Of a stretch of DNA of 64,000 nt, positions 1-10,135 are shown piece by piece (the stretch's first letter is position 1; the number at the start of each line of letters is the position of its first letter). The translations under genes were made by a program, and so were the position numbers. The DNA is from Rhizomicrobium sp. (GTDB lineage: Bacteria; Pseudomonadota; Alphaproteobacteria; Micropepsales; Micropepsaceae), in assembly GCA_035504555.1 (NCBI GenBank), contig DATJRP010000067.1, positions 53,551-117,550 on the forward strand, read 5' to 3'. The notes under the pieces were generated by a model, which was not told the origin of the DNA, searched no databases, and was given only the letters and a program-made list of their open reading frames with translations.

Positions 1-97
1 AAGGCAGGCGCGAACCTTCCTCGTCTTCGTCTTCGATCTCGCCGCCGTCGAATATGCGGGCGTCGTCCCGCGCGTCATAGCGTTCGAACTTGGCCAT
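1..97 (-). CDS. hypothetical protein, N-terminal fragment (gene runs off the window start)
   Basis: ATG at 97..95 on the minus strand opens a frame reading MAKFERYDARDDARIFDGGEIEDEDEEGSRLP with no stop before the window edge. It lies directly downstream of dgt on the same strand. No family recognised. Confidence 0.3.
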   Translation of the reverse strand, partial: MAKFERYDARDDARIFDGGEIEDEDEEGSRLP

Positions 98-168
98 GCC
101 TCTCACCGAATCTGGATGGGGTCTACCCTAGCACCCTGCCCAGACCGAATCACGACGGTCCGACAGGC

Positions 169-1377
169 TCATAGGGCGATTTCCGTGTGGAAGACCCGCT
201 TGTATTCCTGTAGTGCGAAACGGTCGGTCATGCCAGCAATGTAATCGCGCACGACCGAGACCGTGGCCGCCTCGCCGGGTCTTGGGCACAGCGCCCCCCA
301 ATCCCGCGGCAAAAGCGCCGGATCGGCCGTGAAGGCGTCGAAAAGCTCCCCCACCACGCGTTTGGCGGCATTCATCGAATGCATGACCCGGGGATGGCGG
401 TACATGCGGGCGAACAGGAAGCCCTTGAGCGCCGTCACCGCGTCCGACATGGGCGAGGAAAAAGCCGCCGTGGCGCCCAGATGGGCACGGATGTCCGCCG
501 CCGATTTCGGGTTCGTTTCGCCCAGCCTTTCGCCCGTCTCGGCCACCAGATCGCCGATCAGCGCACTCATCAGTCTACGGACGATCTCGCCCACGAGCCG
601 GCTGAATTCGAGGCCGCCATAGCGTGCCGAGATTTCCGCGACATAAGGGCCGACCAGCGGCGCGCCCGCCAGTTCGTCCACGGTGAAGAGGCCCGCGCGC
701 AGTCCGTCGTCGATGTCGTGGTTCACATAGGCGATGTCGTCGGCGATGGCGGCGATCTGCGCTTCGAGGCCCGGCCAGGTGTGCAGGTCGAGCGGCCAGC
801 GCTGATCGAAGGACGCGATCGGCCCCGGCAGTGCCCCGTCGAGCGGACCATTGTGTTTGACGAGACCTTCGAGCGTCTCCCAGGTGAGATTGAGTCCGTC
901 GAAATCGGCGTAGCGATGCTCGAGCGACGTCACGAGCTTCAGGGCGTGCGCGTTGTGATCGAAACCGCCGCAACTCTCCGTGGCGGCGCTCAAGGCTTCT
1001 TCGCCTGCGTGACCGAACGGCGTGTGTCCCAGGTCGTGCGCCAGCGCCACCGCTTCGGCGAGATCTTCGTCGAGTGCGAGGAGCCGCGCCACCGAGCGCG
1101 CGATCTGTGCCACTTCGAGCGAATGGGTCAGCCGCGTACGGAAATAGTCGCCCTCGTGCTGCACGAAGACTTGCGTCTTGTGCTTCAGCCGGCGGAAGGC
1201 GGTTGCGTGGATGATGCGGTCGCGGTCGCGCTGGTAGCAGGTCCGCGTGGGACTTTCCGCCTCTTCGAAATAGCGGCCGCGGCTCGAAGACGGCACCGTC
1301 GCGAAGGCAGCCTTGGCCGCGGGCGGCTCGAACAGCGGCCCGATCAGCCTGCCGGGTGGTCGTCCTTCGGTGTCCAC
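169..1377 (-). CDS. dgt: deoxyguanosinetriphosphate triphosphohydrolase-like protein (HD domain)
   Basis: 402-aa ORF with HD-domain motifs 'HSLEVAQIARS' and 'HDLGHTPFGH' and a dGTPase-like C-terminus. Confidence 0.9.
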   Translation of the reverse strand: MDTEGRPPGRLIGPLFEPPAAKAAFATVPSSSRGRYFEEAESPTRTCYQRDRDRIIHATAFRRLKHKTQVFVQHEGDYFRTRLTHSLEVAQIARSVARLLALDEDLAEAVALAHDLGHTPFGHAGEEALSAATESCGGFDHNAHALKLVTSLEHRYADFDGLNLTWETLEGLVKHNGPLDGALPGPIASFDQRWPLDLHTWPGLEAQIAAIADDIAYVNHDIDDGLRAGLFTVDELAGAPLVGPYVAEISARYGGLEFSRLVGEIVRRLMSALIGDLVAETGERLGETNPKSAADIRAHLGATAAFSSPMSDAVTALKGFLFARMYRHPRVMHSMNAAKRVVGELFDAFTADPALLPRDWGALCPRPGEAATVSVVRDYIAGMTDRFALQEYKRVFHTEIAL

Positions 1378-1437
1378 GGCCTTTTCTCAACCCCCTGGAC
1401 ACATTACATAGGCATATCCTTTGGACTTGGAAATCCG

Positions 1438-1779
1438 ATGAGCCTTGCGTTGGCCAGTCCCGTGACCGTATCCGCCCGCGCCGCCAAGCGGATTGCGGAA
1501 ATTTTGCGTTCCGAGCCCCAGCCGGCGATGCTCAGGGTCGCGGTGACCGGCGGCGGCTGTTCGGGCTTTCAGTACAATTTTGCGCTCGATGATTCGCGAC
1601 TCGACGAAGACCTCGTCATCGAGCGCGACGGCGCGGTGGTGCTCATCGATCCCGTCTCGCTCGATTTCCTCAAGGGCGCCGAGATCGATTTCGTCGACGA
1701 CCTGATCGGCGCGTCCTTCAAGGTCAACAATCCCAACGCCACGTCGTCCTGCGGCTGCGGCACGAGCTTCTCAGTCTAA
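1438..1779 (+). CDS. erpA: iron-sulfur cluster insertion protein ErpA (HesB/IscA family)
   Basis: 113-aa product from the internal ATG of the 379..1779 ORF. Carries 'GGGCSGFQY' and the C-terminal 'SCGCGTSF' signature of A-type Fe-S carriers. Divergent from dgt. Confidence 0.9.
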   Translation: MSLALASPVTVSARAAKRIAEILRSEPQPAMLRVAVTGGGCSGFQYNFALDDSRLDEDLVIERDGAVVLIDPVSLDFLKGAEIDFVDDLIGASFKVNNPNATSSCGCGTSFSV

Positions 1780-1849
1780 TTTCGCCTCTAATTCCTGCGG
1801 CACGACGAAAATAGGTTAAGAACCGACTTGGGGAGTCGAGCACCGCATC

Positions 1850-2479
1850 ATGAGCCTTGAGCCCGAACAGCCTCACCATCACGAGCACCACAAGACAGGC
1901 CTGAACTGGCTTGACCTCGCGATAGCCCTGTCCGCGATCCTGATTTCGCTGACGTCGCTGATCATCACCATCGTGCACAGCCGGACGCTCGAGCGCATGG
2001 CGGAAGCGAATGCGCAGCTCGTTCAGGCGAATTCCTGGCCCTTCGTGGCCTACGCGACGGGGCACGATCCAAATGACACAATTTACTTCGGCATCGCCAA
2101 CAAGGGCGTGGGGCCGGCCAAAATCGAGACTATAGAGTTGAAATGGAAAGGCGTGGCGTATCGCAATCCCTATGATTTCCTCGCAGCCTGCTGCGGCGAC
2201 AAATACGATCCGCACCGCACCGATTACGAAACAAGTTCCGTCCAGGTGCTTCGCGCTGGAGAGCGCGTGGAGCTTTTCGGGCTCGACAAAGGGCCCAACA
2301 ATCAGGCTCTCCGCGACCGGCTCGACAAAGCGCGCATCAGCCCGTCCATGAGCCTGGTCCTGTGCTATTGCTCCGTCTTCGACGAATGTTGGAAAGCCGA
2401 TCTTCCCAGACTGGGGCTCGGGCGCGACCGCGTCGAGCGCTGCGAGGCGCCAGCGGTTCCCTTCCATATCACCAAATGA
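1850..2479 (+). CDS. hypothetical membrane-anchored protein with His-rich N-terminus
   Basis: 209-aa ORF with an N-terminal 'HHHEHH' run and one clear TM helix (LAIALSAILISLTSLIITIV). The extracytoplasmic domain has Cys pairs ('AACCG', 'CYCSVFDEC'). No family recognised. Confidence 0.5.
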   Translation: MSLEPEQPHHHEHHKTGLNWLDLAIALSAILISLTSLIITIVHSRTLERMAEANAQLVQANSWPFVAYATGHDPNDTIYFGIANKGVGPAKIETIELKWKGVAYRNPYDFLAACCGDKYDPHRTDYETSSVQVLRAGERVELFGLDKGPNNQALRDRLDKARISPSMSLVLCYCSVFDECWKADLPRLGLGRDRVERCEAPAVPFHITK

Positions 2480-2495
2480 CGGATCGCAGGCCCCG

Positions 2496-3278
2496 ATGAA
2501 GCTCGCCACCTGGAACGTCAATTCGGTCAGAACGCGCGTGGACGCAGCCACGCAATGGCTGAAGGAAGCCTCGCCGGACGTCGTCGTGCTGCAGGAGCTG
2601 AAATGCACCGACGATCAGTTCCCGCGCGAGGCATTCGAAAGTCTCGGCTATAATTGCGCCGTACACGGACAAAAGACCTATAACGGCGTGGCGATCCTGT
2701 CGAAGCGTCCCATGGAAGACATCACCCCGCGCCTGCCGGGCGGCGACGGCGACGACCATGCGCGCTATCTCGAAGCCGTGGTGACGACCGAGCACGGCGC
2801 CATCCGCGTGGCCTCGATCTACGCGCCCAACGGCAACCCCGTCGGCACCGACAAATTCCGCTACAAGCTCGCCTGGCTCGACCGCCTCGCCGTGCATGCC
2901 AGAGACCTGCTGGCGCTCGAAGAGCCCGTGGCGCTGATGGGCGATCTCAACATCATTCCCACGGACGTCGACTGCTACGATCCGAAAGCGTGGCTCGACG
3001 ACGCGCTGTTCCAGCCGGAATCGCGCGCGGCCATGCGGCGGATCGAGTATGAAGGCTACACGGACGCCTTCCGCGCCTGCCACGCGGAGACGCAGCAATA
3101 CACGTTCTGGGACTATCAGGCGGGCGCCTGGCAGAAAGACCACGGCATCCGCATCGATCACATCCTGCTCTCGCCGCAGGCGGTCGACCGTCTCAAAGCC
3201 TGCAAGATCGACAAGCATGTGCGCGGCCGCGAGAAGCCGTCCGACCACGTGCCGGTGTGGTGCGAGCTCGATATCTAA
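2496..3278 (+). CDS. xthA: exodeoxyribonuclease III
   Basis: 260 aa with 'MKLATWNVNS' N-terminus and 'SDHVPVW' C-terminal motif of ExoIII/AP endonucleases. Confidence 0.9.
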   Translation: MKLATWNVNSVRTRVDAATQWLKEASPDVVVLQELKCTDDQFPREAFESLGYNCAVHGQKTYNGVAILSKRPMEDITPRLPGGDGDDHARYLEAVVTTEHGAIRVASIYAPNGNPVGTDKFRYKLAWLDRLAVHARDLLALEEPVALMGDLNIIPTDVDCYDPKAWLDDALFQPESRAAMRRIEYEGYTDAFRACHAETQQYTFWDYQAGAWQKDHGIRIDHILLSPQAVDRLKACKIDKHVRGREKPSDHVPVWCELDI

Positions 3279-3301
3279 AGCACCGCGACAAAATAAAACG
3301 T

Positions 3302-4852
3302 CTAGTGCCCGCCGACAGGCAATCGCATGGGGCCGCGCGGCCTGGGCAACAGCCAGACGCCGAGCGACACGCAGGCCACGATCACGCCGATCTCGAGGAA
3401 TGTCCGGTTGGTCGCGAGCATGACGCTTTGGCTTTCGACCATGCCGTCGAGCTTCTGCAGGGCCTGGCCCATGTGATGGGGCGTGCCGCCCAGTTTCATG
3501 AGAACGTCGTGCGGTTTCTTGATCTCGCCGACAAGCTGCACGCGATCGCGCGTTGCATCGTCCGACCACATCGTGGTCACGATCGCGGTCGCGAATGCGC
3601 CCGACATGGAGCGGAGGAAGTTGATGAGGCCCGCGGCCGTGGCGGTCTTGTCCGGCGGCACCATGGCCATCGATACCGACATCAGCGGCACAAAGAAGAG
3701 CGGCATGCCGAGGCCGAAAGCCAGCTGCGGCGGAATGAGCTCTCCGAACGTCATGTTCTGCGCGAACGTCATACGGTAGACTGTCGTCGCCGCGATGATC
3801 GCAAGACCGGTCGACATCAGCGCACGCGGGTCGACGCGTGAAATCAGAAGCGCCGCTATCGGCGCCATCACCACGCCGAAGACGCCATTGAAGGCGACGA
3901 CGTAGCCCGCCCACGTGGCGGTGTAGCCCATATTGGACTGCAGCCAGAGCGGTATGAGCACGACGGACGCAAAGAAGGAACCGAAGACGAAAGCCATCGC
4001 GAGGGACGCCAGCGCAAAGCCGCCGCTTCGATAGACGCGCAAGTCGACGATCGGGTGTTCGTCGGTGAGCTCCCAGATGATGAAGGCCACAAAGCCGATT
4101 GCCGCAACGATCGCGAGCGCCACGATGAAGCTGGAGGCGAACCAGTCCTTGTCCTGCCCGTTGTCGAGCATGACCTGCAGGGCGCCGACCCAGAGGACAA
4201 GCAACGCGAAGCCGACATAATCGACCGGCAGCCTGGCTCTCGGCGTCTCGCGGGAGCCGAGCAATCTCCAGACGAGGAAGGCGCACAGGATCGACACGGG
4301 CACGTTGATGTAGAACGCCCATGGCCAGCCGGCGCCGTCGGTTATGGTCCCGCCCAGGATCGGTCCCGCCACCGGCGCCAGAATGGTGGTCATGGTCCAC
4401 AGACCGAGCGCGATGTTGGTGTGGCGCTTGGGCGCGATGCGCAGGATGAGCGTCTGCGACATCGGCATGAGCGGGCCGCCGCAGGCGCCCTGCAGGACTC
4501 GTGCGACGACCAGCATGCCGAGCGAGGTCGAAAACCCGCACATCGCAGAGAAGAATCCGAAGCCCAGCGCCGATATCGCAAGCACGCGCACGGCGCCGAA
4601 GCGCTGCGCCAGCCAGCCGGTCAACGGCACCATGATGGCTTCGGCCACGGAATAGGACGTGATCGTCCATGTGCCTTCGTTGGACGCGACCGCAAGGCTG
4701 CCGGCGATATGTGGCACGGCGACGTTGACGATCGTCATGTCGAGGATCGCCATGAAATTCGCCATGGCGAGCACGCCGATTGCGATGATCAGCTGCGGCC
4801 CGTGGATGACTTCGGGTCCGTCCGCCGCCGCCGCTGCGTTTGCCTGCGCCAT
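3302..4852 (-). CDS. emrB: DHA2-family MFS multidrug efflux permease (EmrB/QacA type)
   Basis: 516-aa polytopic membrane protein. Its N-terminal region 'LAMANFMAILDMTIVNVAVPHIAGSL' is typical of 14-TM EmrB-type MFS. Last gene of the OMF-EmrA-EmrB operon. Confidence 0.9.
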   Translation of the reverse strand: MAQANAAAAADGPEVIHGPQLIIAIGVLAMANFMAILDMTIVNVAVPHIAGSLAVASNEGTWTITSYSVAEAIMVPLTGWLAQRFGAVRVLAISALGFGFFSAMCGFSTSLGMLVVARVLQGACGGPLMPMSQTLILRIAPKRHTNIALGLWTMTTILAPVAGPILGGTITDGAGWPWAFYINVPVSILCAFLVWRLLGSRETPRARLPVDYVGFALLVLWVGALQVMLDNGQDKDWFASSFIVALAIVAAIGFVAFIIWELTDEHPIVDLRVYRSGGFALASLAMAFVFGSFFASVVLIPLWLQSNMGYTATWAGYVVAFNGVFGVVMAPIAALLISRVDPRALMSTGLAIIAATTVYRMTFAQNMTFGELIPPQLAFGLGMPLFFVPLMSVSMAMVPPDKTATAAGLINFLRSMSGAFATAIVTTMWSDDATRDRVQLVGEIKKPHDVLMKLGGTPHHMGQALQKLDGMVESQSVMLATNRTFLEIGVIVACVSLGVWLLPRPRGPMRLPVGGH

Positions 4853-4855
4853 TGG

Positions 4856-5959
4856 TCAGTGCGCGATGTCGATCGTCGCGTCCATCGAAAGCCCGACGCG
4901 CAGCGGATGCGCGGCAAGCTCGTCGGGATCGAGCGCCACGCGCACCGGCAGGCGCTGCACGACCTTGATCCAGTTGCCCGTCGCGTTCTGCGCCGGGATG
5001 ACGGCGAACGCGGACCCCGTTCCGCCGCCCACGCCCGCCACGCGGCCATGGAAGACGACGCCGGAACCGTAGAGATCGGAAGTCAGCGTCACCGGCTGGC
5101 CGATGCGCACGCGTCGGAGCTGGCTCTCCTTGAAATTCGCATTGACATAGACCTGCGCGAGCGGAACGACGGTCATGAGTTGCGTCCCGACCTGCACGCG
5201 CTGTCCGATCTGCACCTGGTTCTGCGCCACGATGCCGTCGACAGGCGCGCGAATGACGGTACGCGACAGAGCAAGGCGCGCCGCCGCGAGTTGCGCCCTC
5301 GCCGCCATCACTTCCGGATTGTTCTGCACCGATGCGCCGTGGATCAGCGCCTGCTGCGACATCAGTTGGCGTTGCGCTTCGTCCAGGCCCGCCGCAGCCG
5401 TATCGAGTGCATTCTTGGCCGTGGTCAACTCGTCGCCCGAAACGGCGCCCGTCGAGGCGAGCGCCGCGCGGCGTTTGTAATCGAGCTGCGCACGCTGGAG
5501 GTCGGCGCGTTTCGACGCTACCTGTGCCGATGCGGCCGCGGCATTGGCGAAATATTGCTCCACACGCCGCACGGCCTGGCCGTAATTCGCTTCCGCCTGC
5601 GCGACCGCGATCTGCTCGTCCACCGGATCGATGACGACGAGGACCTGCCCGCGCTTCACGCTCTGCGTGTCGTTCACGGGCACGCTGCGGACGAGCCCGT
5701 CGATCTGCGGCGTGATCTCCGCGACGGACGCATCGACATAGGCGTCGTCCGTCGACACGTAGCGCGACGACACGATGTACCACCACGTTCCCGCGACGAT
5801 CGCCGCCGCGAGAACGACGACACCCAGGATCACGAACAGGCGCTGTCGCAGCCATTTCCGCGCCTCGCTGTCCGTCAGCCCCGCCGGCGCGCCGAGGAAG
5901 CCGCGGACATCGCGCGGAGGATAAGTGGTTGCTCTGGCGTCCGACATAAGATGCTCCAA
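4856..5959 (-). CDS. emrA: HlyD-family membrane fusion protein (EmrA type)
   Basis: 367 aa with a single N-terminal TM helix, a long Ala/Gln-rich coiled coil and a C-terminal beta-barrel region. Lies 3 nt upstream of emrB. Confidence 0.9.
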   Translation of the reverse strand: MEHLMSDARATTYPPRDVRGFLGAPAGLTDSEARKWLRQRLFVILGVVVLAAAIVAGTWWYIVSSRYVSTDDAYVDASVAEITPQIDGLVRSVPVNDTQSVKRGQVLVVIDPVDEQIAVAQAEANYGQAVRRVEQYFANAAAASAQVASKRADLQRAQLDYKRRAALASTGAVSGDELTTAKNALDTAAAGLDEAQRQLMSQQALIHGASVQNNPEVMAARAQLAAARLALSRTVIRAPVDGIVAQNQVQIGQRVQVGTQLMTVVPLAQVYVNANFKESQLRRVRIGQPVTLTSDLYGSGVVFHGRVAGVGGGTGSAFAVIPAQNATGNWIKVVQRLPVRVALDPDELAAHPLRVGLSMDATIDIAH

Positions 5960-5960
5960 A

Positions 5961-7442
5961 TTAGGATTTGACGACGAAGCCGCCGCCCAGCGCGCGCACC
6001 AGCGCCACGTCCTGGGCGAAAGCCTGCGCTTCGAAATCGGCGACCTGGCGTTTCAGCGTGGCAAGCGTGTCTTCCGCGGTGAGGACGTCGACATAACGCG
6101 ACAGGCCGCCTTTGTAGCGGAGCGTCGCAATGCGATAGGCGTTCTCGCTTTCCGCAAGCGCCGCGCGCGCATGCACGAGTTCGATCTGCAACTCGCGGCA
6201 ATCGGCCGCCGCATCGGCGACGTCCTGCAGCGCGTGGGTCAGCGTCCTGTCGTAGGTCGCGACGGACTCGTCATATTCGGCGCGCGCATTGCGATAGCCG
6301 CTTTCGATCTTGCCGCCGTCGAAAATGGGCAGATGGATCGCGGGGCCCACCTGGCCGATCATCGAATCCTTTTGCAGCAGGCTCGCGATGTCGAGCGACT
6401 GCACGCCGTAATAGGCGCTGAGGTCGATGTTGGGATAGTAGTCCGCATGGGCTTCGTCGATGCGCGAAGCGGCGGCTTCCGTACGCAGGCGGGCGGCCAC
6501 GATGTCGGGACGGCGGCCGATGAGATCGACGGCCAGTGTCGGCGGCAAGCCGAAGGCCTTCGGGTGGATATCACCCGGCAAGGCCACGTCGAGACCGCGG
6601 TCCGGTCCCTTGCCGAGCAGTGCCGCGATTTCATCGCGCGTGTGCGCGATCTGCCCGTCGATCGTGTCGACATCCACCTGGGCGGAGGCGACCCGCGAAT
6701 TGGCTTCGCTCGCCTGTCCCGTATTCTCGAGCTGCTCGCGCACGCGATCGGCCACGAGCGCCGCGCTGTCCTTGCGGATGCGCACGATCTCGACGGCCGC
6801 GGCGCGGTCGGCCGAAAGACGCATCAGATCGGCGTAGGCGCTGGCGACCGCCGTCGACAACGTCACCTGCGCCTCGGCGACATCGATCCCTGCCGCTTCC
6901 GCATCGGAGGTCGCGGCAGCAAGCGCCGCGCGGTTCTTGCCGAAGAAATCGATTTCGTAATCGAGGTTCGCCGTGATCGTGCCCTGCGTGTGCCAGCCAT
7001 GCGGCAGCAGGACCTGGTACTGCTTGGGAAATCCCTGGTTGAGGCTCTCGCGTGTCGGCTGCACGGCGCCGTTGCCGGTGATCGTCGGGAACAGCGCCGA
7101 GCGGGCATTGAGCGCCATGGCGTCGGCCTCGCGCAGGCGCGCTTCGGCGATCTTCAGATCCGGCGAGCCGGCCAGCGCCTCATCGATCAGCCGGTCGAGC
7201 ACCGGGTCGTTATAGGCCTTCCACCAGGCCTCCTCAGGCCAGCCCTTGACCGGGGCTGTAAAGCTCCTGGCGGTCTCGTAGGAGCCGGCAGGCGCGATCT
7301 GGGGCGGCGTCCCGAGGTCCGGGGCACAGGCCGTTGCGGCCAGGATGACGGCCACAGCCACCGCCACGCCGATGACGACGTCGCGGGCCCGCAATCCCGA
7401 CGCACCAGGAAAAACCCCGCCCAATCCTTGGGATTGTGCCAT
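5961..7442 (-). CDS. efflux transporter outer-membrane lipoprotein, NodT family
   Basis: The internal ATG at 7442 gives a signal peptide with a lipobox ('VILAATAC'). TolC/NodT-like repeats follow, with a C-terminal 'ALGGGF'. Lies 1 nt upstream of emrA. Confidence 0.85.
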   Translation of the reverse strand: MAQSQGLGGVFPGASGLRARDVVIGVAVAVAVILAATACAPDLGTPPQIAPAGSYETARSFTAPVKGWPEEAWWKAYNDPVLDRLIDEALAGSPDLKIAEARLREADAMALNARSALFPTITGNGAVQPTRESLNQGFPKQYQVLLPHGWHTQGTITANLDYEIDFFGKNRAALAAATSDAEAAGIDVAEAQVTLSTAVASAYADLMRLSADRAAAVEIVRIRKDSAALVADRVREQLENTGQASEANSRVASAQVDVDTIDGQIAHTRDEIAALLGKGPDRGLDVALPGDIHPKAFGLPPTLAVDLIGRRPDIVAARLRTEAAASRIDEAHADYYPNIDLSAYYGVQSLDIASLLQKDSMIGQVGPAIHLPIFDGGKIESGYRNARAEYDESVATYDRTLTHALQDVADAAADCRELQIELVHARAALAESENAYRIATLRYKGGLSRYVDVLTAEDTLATLKRQVADFEAQAFAQDVALVRALGGGFVVKS

Positions 7443-7466
7443 GCCACCCTCACACGCTCCAATAGA

Positions 7467-7481
7467 ACCGTACTGTACGGT
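7467..7481. promoter_or_regulatory. 15-bp palindrome ACCGTACTGTACGGT, candidate TetR operator
   Basis: Perfect 7-N-7 palindrome in the 105-bp divergent region between the efflux operon and tetR. Shares ACTGTACGGT with the second site. Confidence 0.5.
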
Positions 7482-7531
7482 CATTGAGTTTGGCGATGTA
7501 CGCCTGTATGGTCCGGTCGAGTCAAGAAGAA

Positions 7532-7546
7532 ACTGTACGGTACGGT
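7532..7546. promoter_or_regulatory. second imperfect palindrome ACTGTACGGTACGGT, candidate TetR operator
   Basis: Lies immediately upstream of the tetR ATG (7548). By hand comparison 12 of its 14 non-central positions are self-complementary, and it repeats the 10-mer ACTGTACGGT. Confidence 0.45.
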
Positions 7547-7547
7547 C

Positions 7548-8225
7548 ATGGGAGCGCCCATTCTCGCCAAGCATGGCAAAGACGACCGGAAGGACGACCG
7601 GCGGGTCGCGATCATCGATATCGCCCACGCGGCCTTTCTGGCCGACGGCTATGCCGCGACCTCGATGTCGACGATTGCCGCAAAAGTCGGCGGCTCCAAG
7701 GCCACGCTTTACAATTACTTCTCCTCCAAGGAGGAGCTATTCGCCGCCGTCGTCTCCCGGAAGTGCGAGCAGCTGCAGACGATGCTCTACGACGCGCAGG
7801 TCGAAGGCGGGGATTTCCGCTCCGCCATGCAGAGTTTCGGCGAACGCTTTCTCCAGCTTCTGCTGCAGGAAGAATCGATCGCCTTCTATCGCCTCATAAT
7901 CGCCGAGTGTGGACGCTTTCCGGAGCTGGGCCGCACGTTTTACAACACCGGCCCGCAGCAGGGCCGCGAACGGCTGGCCGAATATTTCGAGCAGGCGATC
8001 GCGGCGGGCGATCTGCGCGATTGCGATGCCTATCAGATGGCGAATTACTTTTTCGAGCTTTGCATGTCGGGCATGCATCTGCGCAAATTGTGGCGGGTCG
8101 AAGAGAACCCGACGCGCGAAGAGATTCGCGACAACATCGCGCGGGCCGTCGCCATCTTCCTCGCGGCCTTCGGCGCCAAAGGCGTCCACGACGGCGAAGC
8201 AGCCGAACTCTGCCCGAAAGTCTGA
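7548..8225 (+). CDS. TetR/AcrR family transcriptional regulator
   Basis: 225 aa with an N-terminal HTH ('TSMSTIAAKVGGSKATLYNYFSSKEELF'). Divergent from the efflux operon. Confidence 0.9.
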   Translation: MGAPILAKHGKDDRKDDRRVAIIDIAHAAFLADGYAATSMSTIAAKVGGSKATLYNYFSSKEELFAAVVSRKCEQLQTMLYDAQVEGGDFRSAMQSFGERFLQLLLQEESIAFYRLIIAECGRFPELGRTFYNTGPQQGRERLAEYFEQAIAAGDLRDCDAYQMANYFFELCMSGMHLRKLWRVEENPTREEIRDNIARAVAIFLAAFGAKGVHDGEAAELCPKV

Positions 8226-8229
8226 CGGC

Positions 8230-8982
8230 CTACCGTTCCTCGTTTCGCGCGAAGATCGCCTCGAGACTCGTCAGATTCATCCCGTGCTTGACGTAATTGT
8301 ACGGCGTCAGATTGACCGCCTTGATGAGCGCGCGTTCGATTTCGGGCCCCGGCTTGCCGCCTTCGCCCGGCACCATGTCGAAATCGACGACATTGATGCA
8401 GCCCGTGTCCTGCTCGAAGGCATGCGTCGCGGCGAGACCCGCGCCGGACGCCCAGCTGAGGACGAGCCGGTTGATTCCCTCGTGGGCGACGATGAGAATC
8501 TGCTTCCAATCCGGCTGACCGAGCAAACGTTTGATGGCCGCGATCGCGCGCGCCTGCGCACCGCTGAAAGCTTCGCCGCCTTCGAGCATCGTCGCGCCCT
8601 CCTCCGCCGCCTTGCTGAAGTAGAACGACATCGTCGCCACGAGTTCCTTGCGGCTCGTGGCAAACGCCCGGTCGCCGCCGATGCGGCCGCCGTGAATCTC
8701 CACAAGGTCGGACTCGAACTCGAGCGTCGGAGGGTTCTCGAAGCACTCCAGAACGATCTGCGCTGTCTCGCGCGTGCGCGGCAGGCCGGAACAGATCGCA
8801 CGGTCAAAGACGAGCGGCGCGAAGGCGCGCCCCGCAGCTTCGGCTTCCATGCGGCCTTGCGGCGTGAGGACCACGTCGCGTGTGTTGCGCGTGCGCACGA
8901 CATCATCCGCGAAATAATCCACATGCCCGTGGCGCATAAGATAGATGCGCCGGCGTCCCGTCGTTCCCGGCAGCGTGCTCAC
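8230..8982 (-). CDS. histidine phosphatase family protein (phosphoglycerate-mutase-like)
   Basis: GTG start at 8982 overlaps the TGA of the upstream gene (GTGA). Carries the '[10 protein letters not shown]' RHG motif and 'IVAHEG'. The remainder of the 654-aa ORF is a shadow frame over the CoA-transferase gene. Confidence 0.8.
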   Translation of the reverse strand: MSTLPGTTGRRRIYLMRHGHVDYFADDVVRTRNTRDVVLTPQGRMEAEAAGRAFAPLVFDRAICSGLPRTRETAQIVLECFENPPTLEFESDLVEIHGGRIGGDRAFATSRKELVATMSFYFSKAAEEGATMLEGGEAFSGAQARAIAAIKRLLGQPDWKQILIVAHEGINRLVLSWASGAGLAATHAFEQDTGCINVVDFDMVPGEGGKPGPEIERALIKAVNLTPYNYVKHGMNLTSLEAIFARNEER

Positions 8983-10097
8983 ACGGCGCCCGCTTTGGTG
9001 AGACCATCGACGTCGGCCGGCGAGAAACCCCACGCCGTCAGCGCGGCCTTGGCGTCGCGCCTGGCGAGATCGGTCTGCACTTTGGGCTCGGTGCGGCTGA
9101 AACGCGGCGCCGGAGCCGGCTGCACGACGCCTTCGATCTCGACGAACGTCTTGCGCGCCGCGTTGTGCGGATGCTTGGGCGCTTCTTCGAGCGACAACAC
9201 GGGCGCATAGCAGACGTCGCTGCCCAGCATGATCTTGTCCCATTCGTCGCGCGTCTTCATTTTGATGACGCCTTCGAGCTTCTTTTTCAGCTCCGGCCAC
9301 GCGCTGCGATCCATCTGCGCTTCGAATGCAGGATCCGTGATGCCGGCCTTCTCGAGCAGCTCGCGATAGAATTGCGGCTCGATGGAGCCGAGCGCGATCC
9401 ATTTGCCGTCCTTGGTCTCGTAGGTGTCGTAGAAATGCGCGCCGGAATCGAGCAGGTTCACGCCGCGCTTGTCGGCCCACAGGCCGGCGGCGTTCATGCC
9501 GTAGAACATCGACATCAGCGACGCAGCGCCGTCGGTCATCGCCACATCGACGACTTGTCCCTTCCCCGACTTCCGCGCTTCGAGGATGCCGCAGACGAGA
9601 CCGAACGCCATGTACAGCGCGCCGCCGCCGAAATCGCCGACGAGGTTGAGCGGCGCAACCGGTTTGCTGTCCGCATGCCCCATGCCGTGCAGCGCGCCGG
9701 TGAGCGCGATGTAGTTGATGTCGTGGCCCGCGGCATGCGCGAGCGTGCCCGTCTGTCCCCAGCCCGTCATGCGGCCGAAGACGAGCTTCGGATTGCGCTT
9801 GAGGCAGACATCGGGGCCAAGACCCAGACGCTCCATCACGCCGGGACGAAAGCCTTCGATCAGCGCGTCGGCTTTCTCGATCAGTTTGAGGGCCGCTTCG
9901 ATGGCTTCCGGCTTTTTGAGATCGAGCGCAACGGCGCTGCGGCCGCGATAGGTCACTTCGTATTTCGACGGCGTGCGTCCACCCTTGCGGTCGATGCGGA
10001 TGACATCCGCGCCCATGTCGGCCAGCAGCATGGCGGCGAACGGTCCCGGTCCGATACCTGCAAATTCCACGATGCGAACGCCCTGCAACGGACCCAT
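8979..10097 (-). CDS. CaiB/BaiF family III CoA-transferase (racemase-like)
   Basis: 372 aa. The N-terminus '[32 protein letters not shown]' is the family III CoA-transferase signature. Confidence 0.9.
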   Translation of the reverse strand: MGPLQGVRIVEFAGIGPGPFAAMLLADMGADVIRIDRKGGRTPSKYEVTYRGRSAVALDLKKPEAIEAALKLIEKADALIEGFRPGVMERLGLGPDVCLKRNPKLVFGRMTGWGQTGTLAHAAGHDINYIALTGALHGMGHADSKPVAPLNLVGDFGGGALYMAFGLVCGILEARKSGKGQVVDVAMTDGAASLMSMFYGMNAAGLWADKRGVNLLDSGAHFYDTYETKDGKWIALGSIEPQFYRELLEKAGITDPAFEAQMDRSAWPELKKKLEGVIKMKTRDEWDKIMLGSDVCYAPVLSLEEAPKHPHNAARKTFVEIEGVVQPAPAPRFSRTEPKVQTDLARRDAKAALTAWGFSPADVDGLTKAGAV

Positions 10098-10135
10098 GTT
10101 CTGTTCCTTCCCTGATATCCGGATCGCCTAGTGTT

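Noticed and set aside
2469-5855. Very long ORF (1128 aa, minus strand) spanning xthA, emrB and emrA. Similar giants occur at 4055..5971, 5925..7487, 12866..15022, 44676..46736 and 59754..61997.
   Set aside because: These are shadow frames typical of high-GC DNA. Their translations are Arg/Ala/Pro/Gly-rich low-complexity strings, and they lie antisense or out of frame to genes with clear family motifs. No domain is recognisable.
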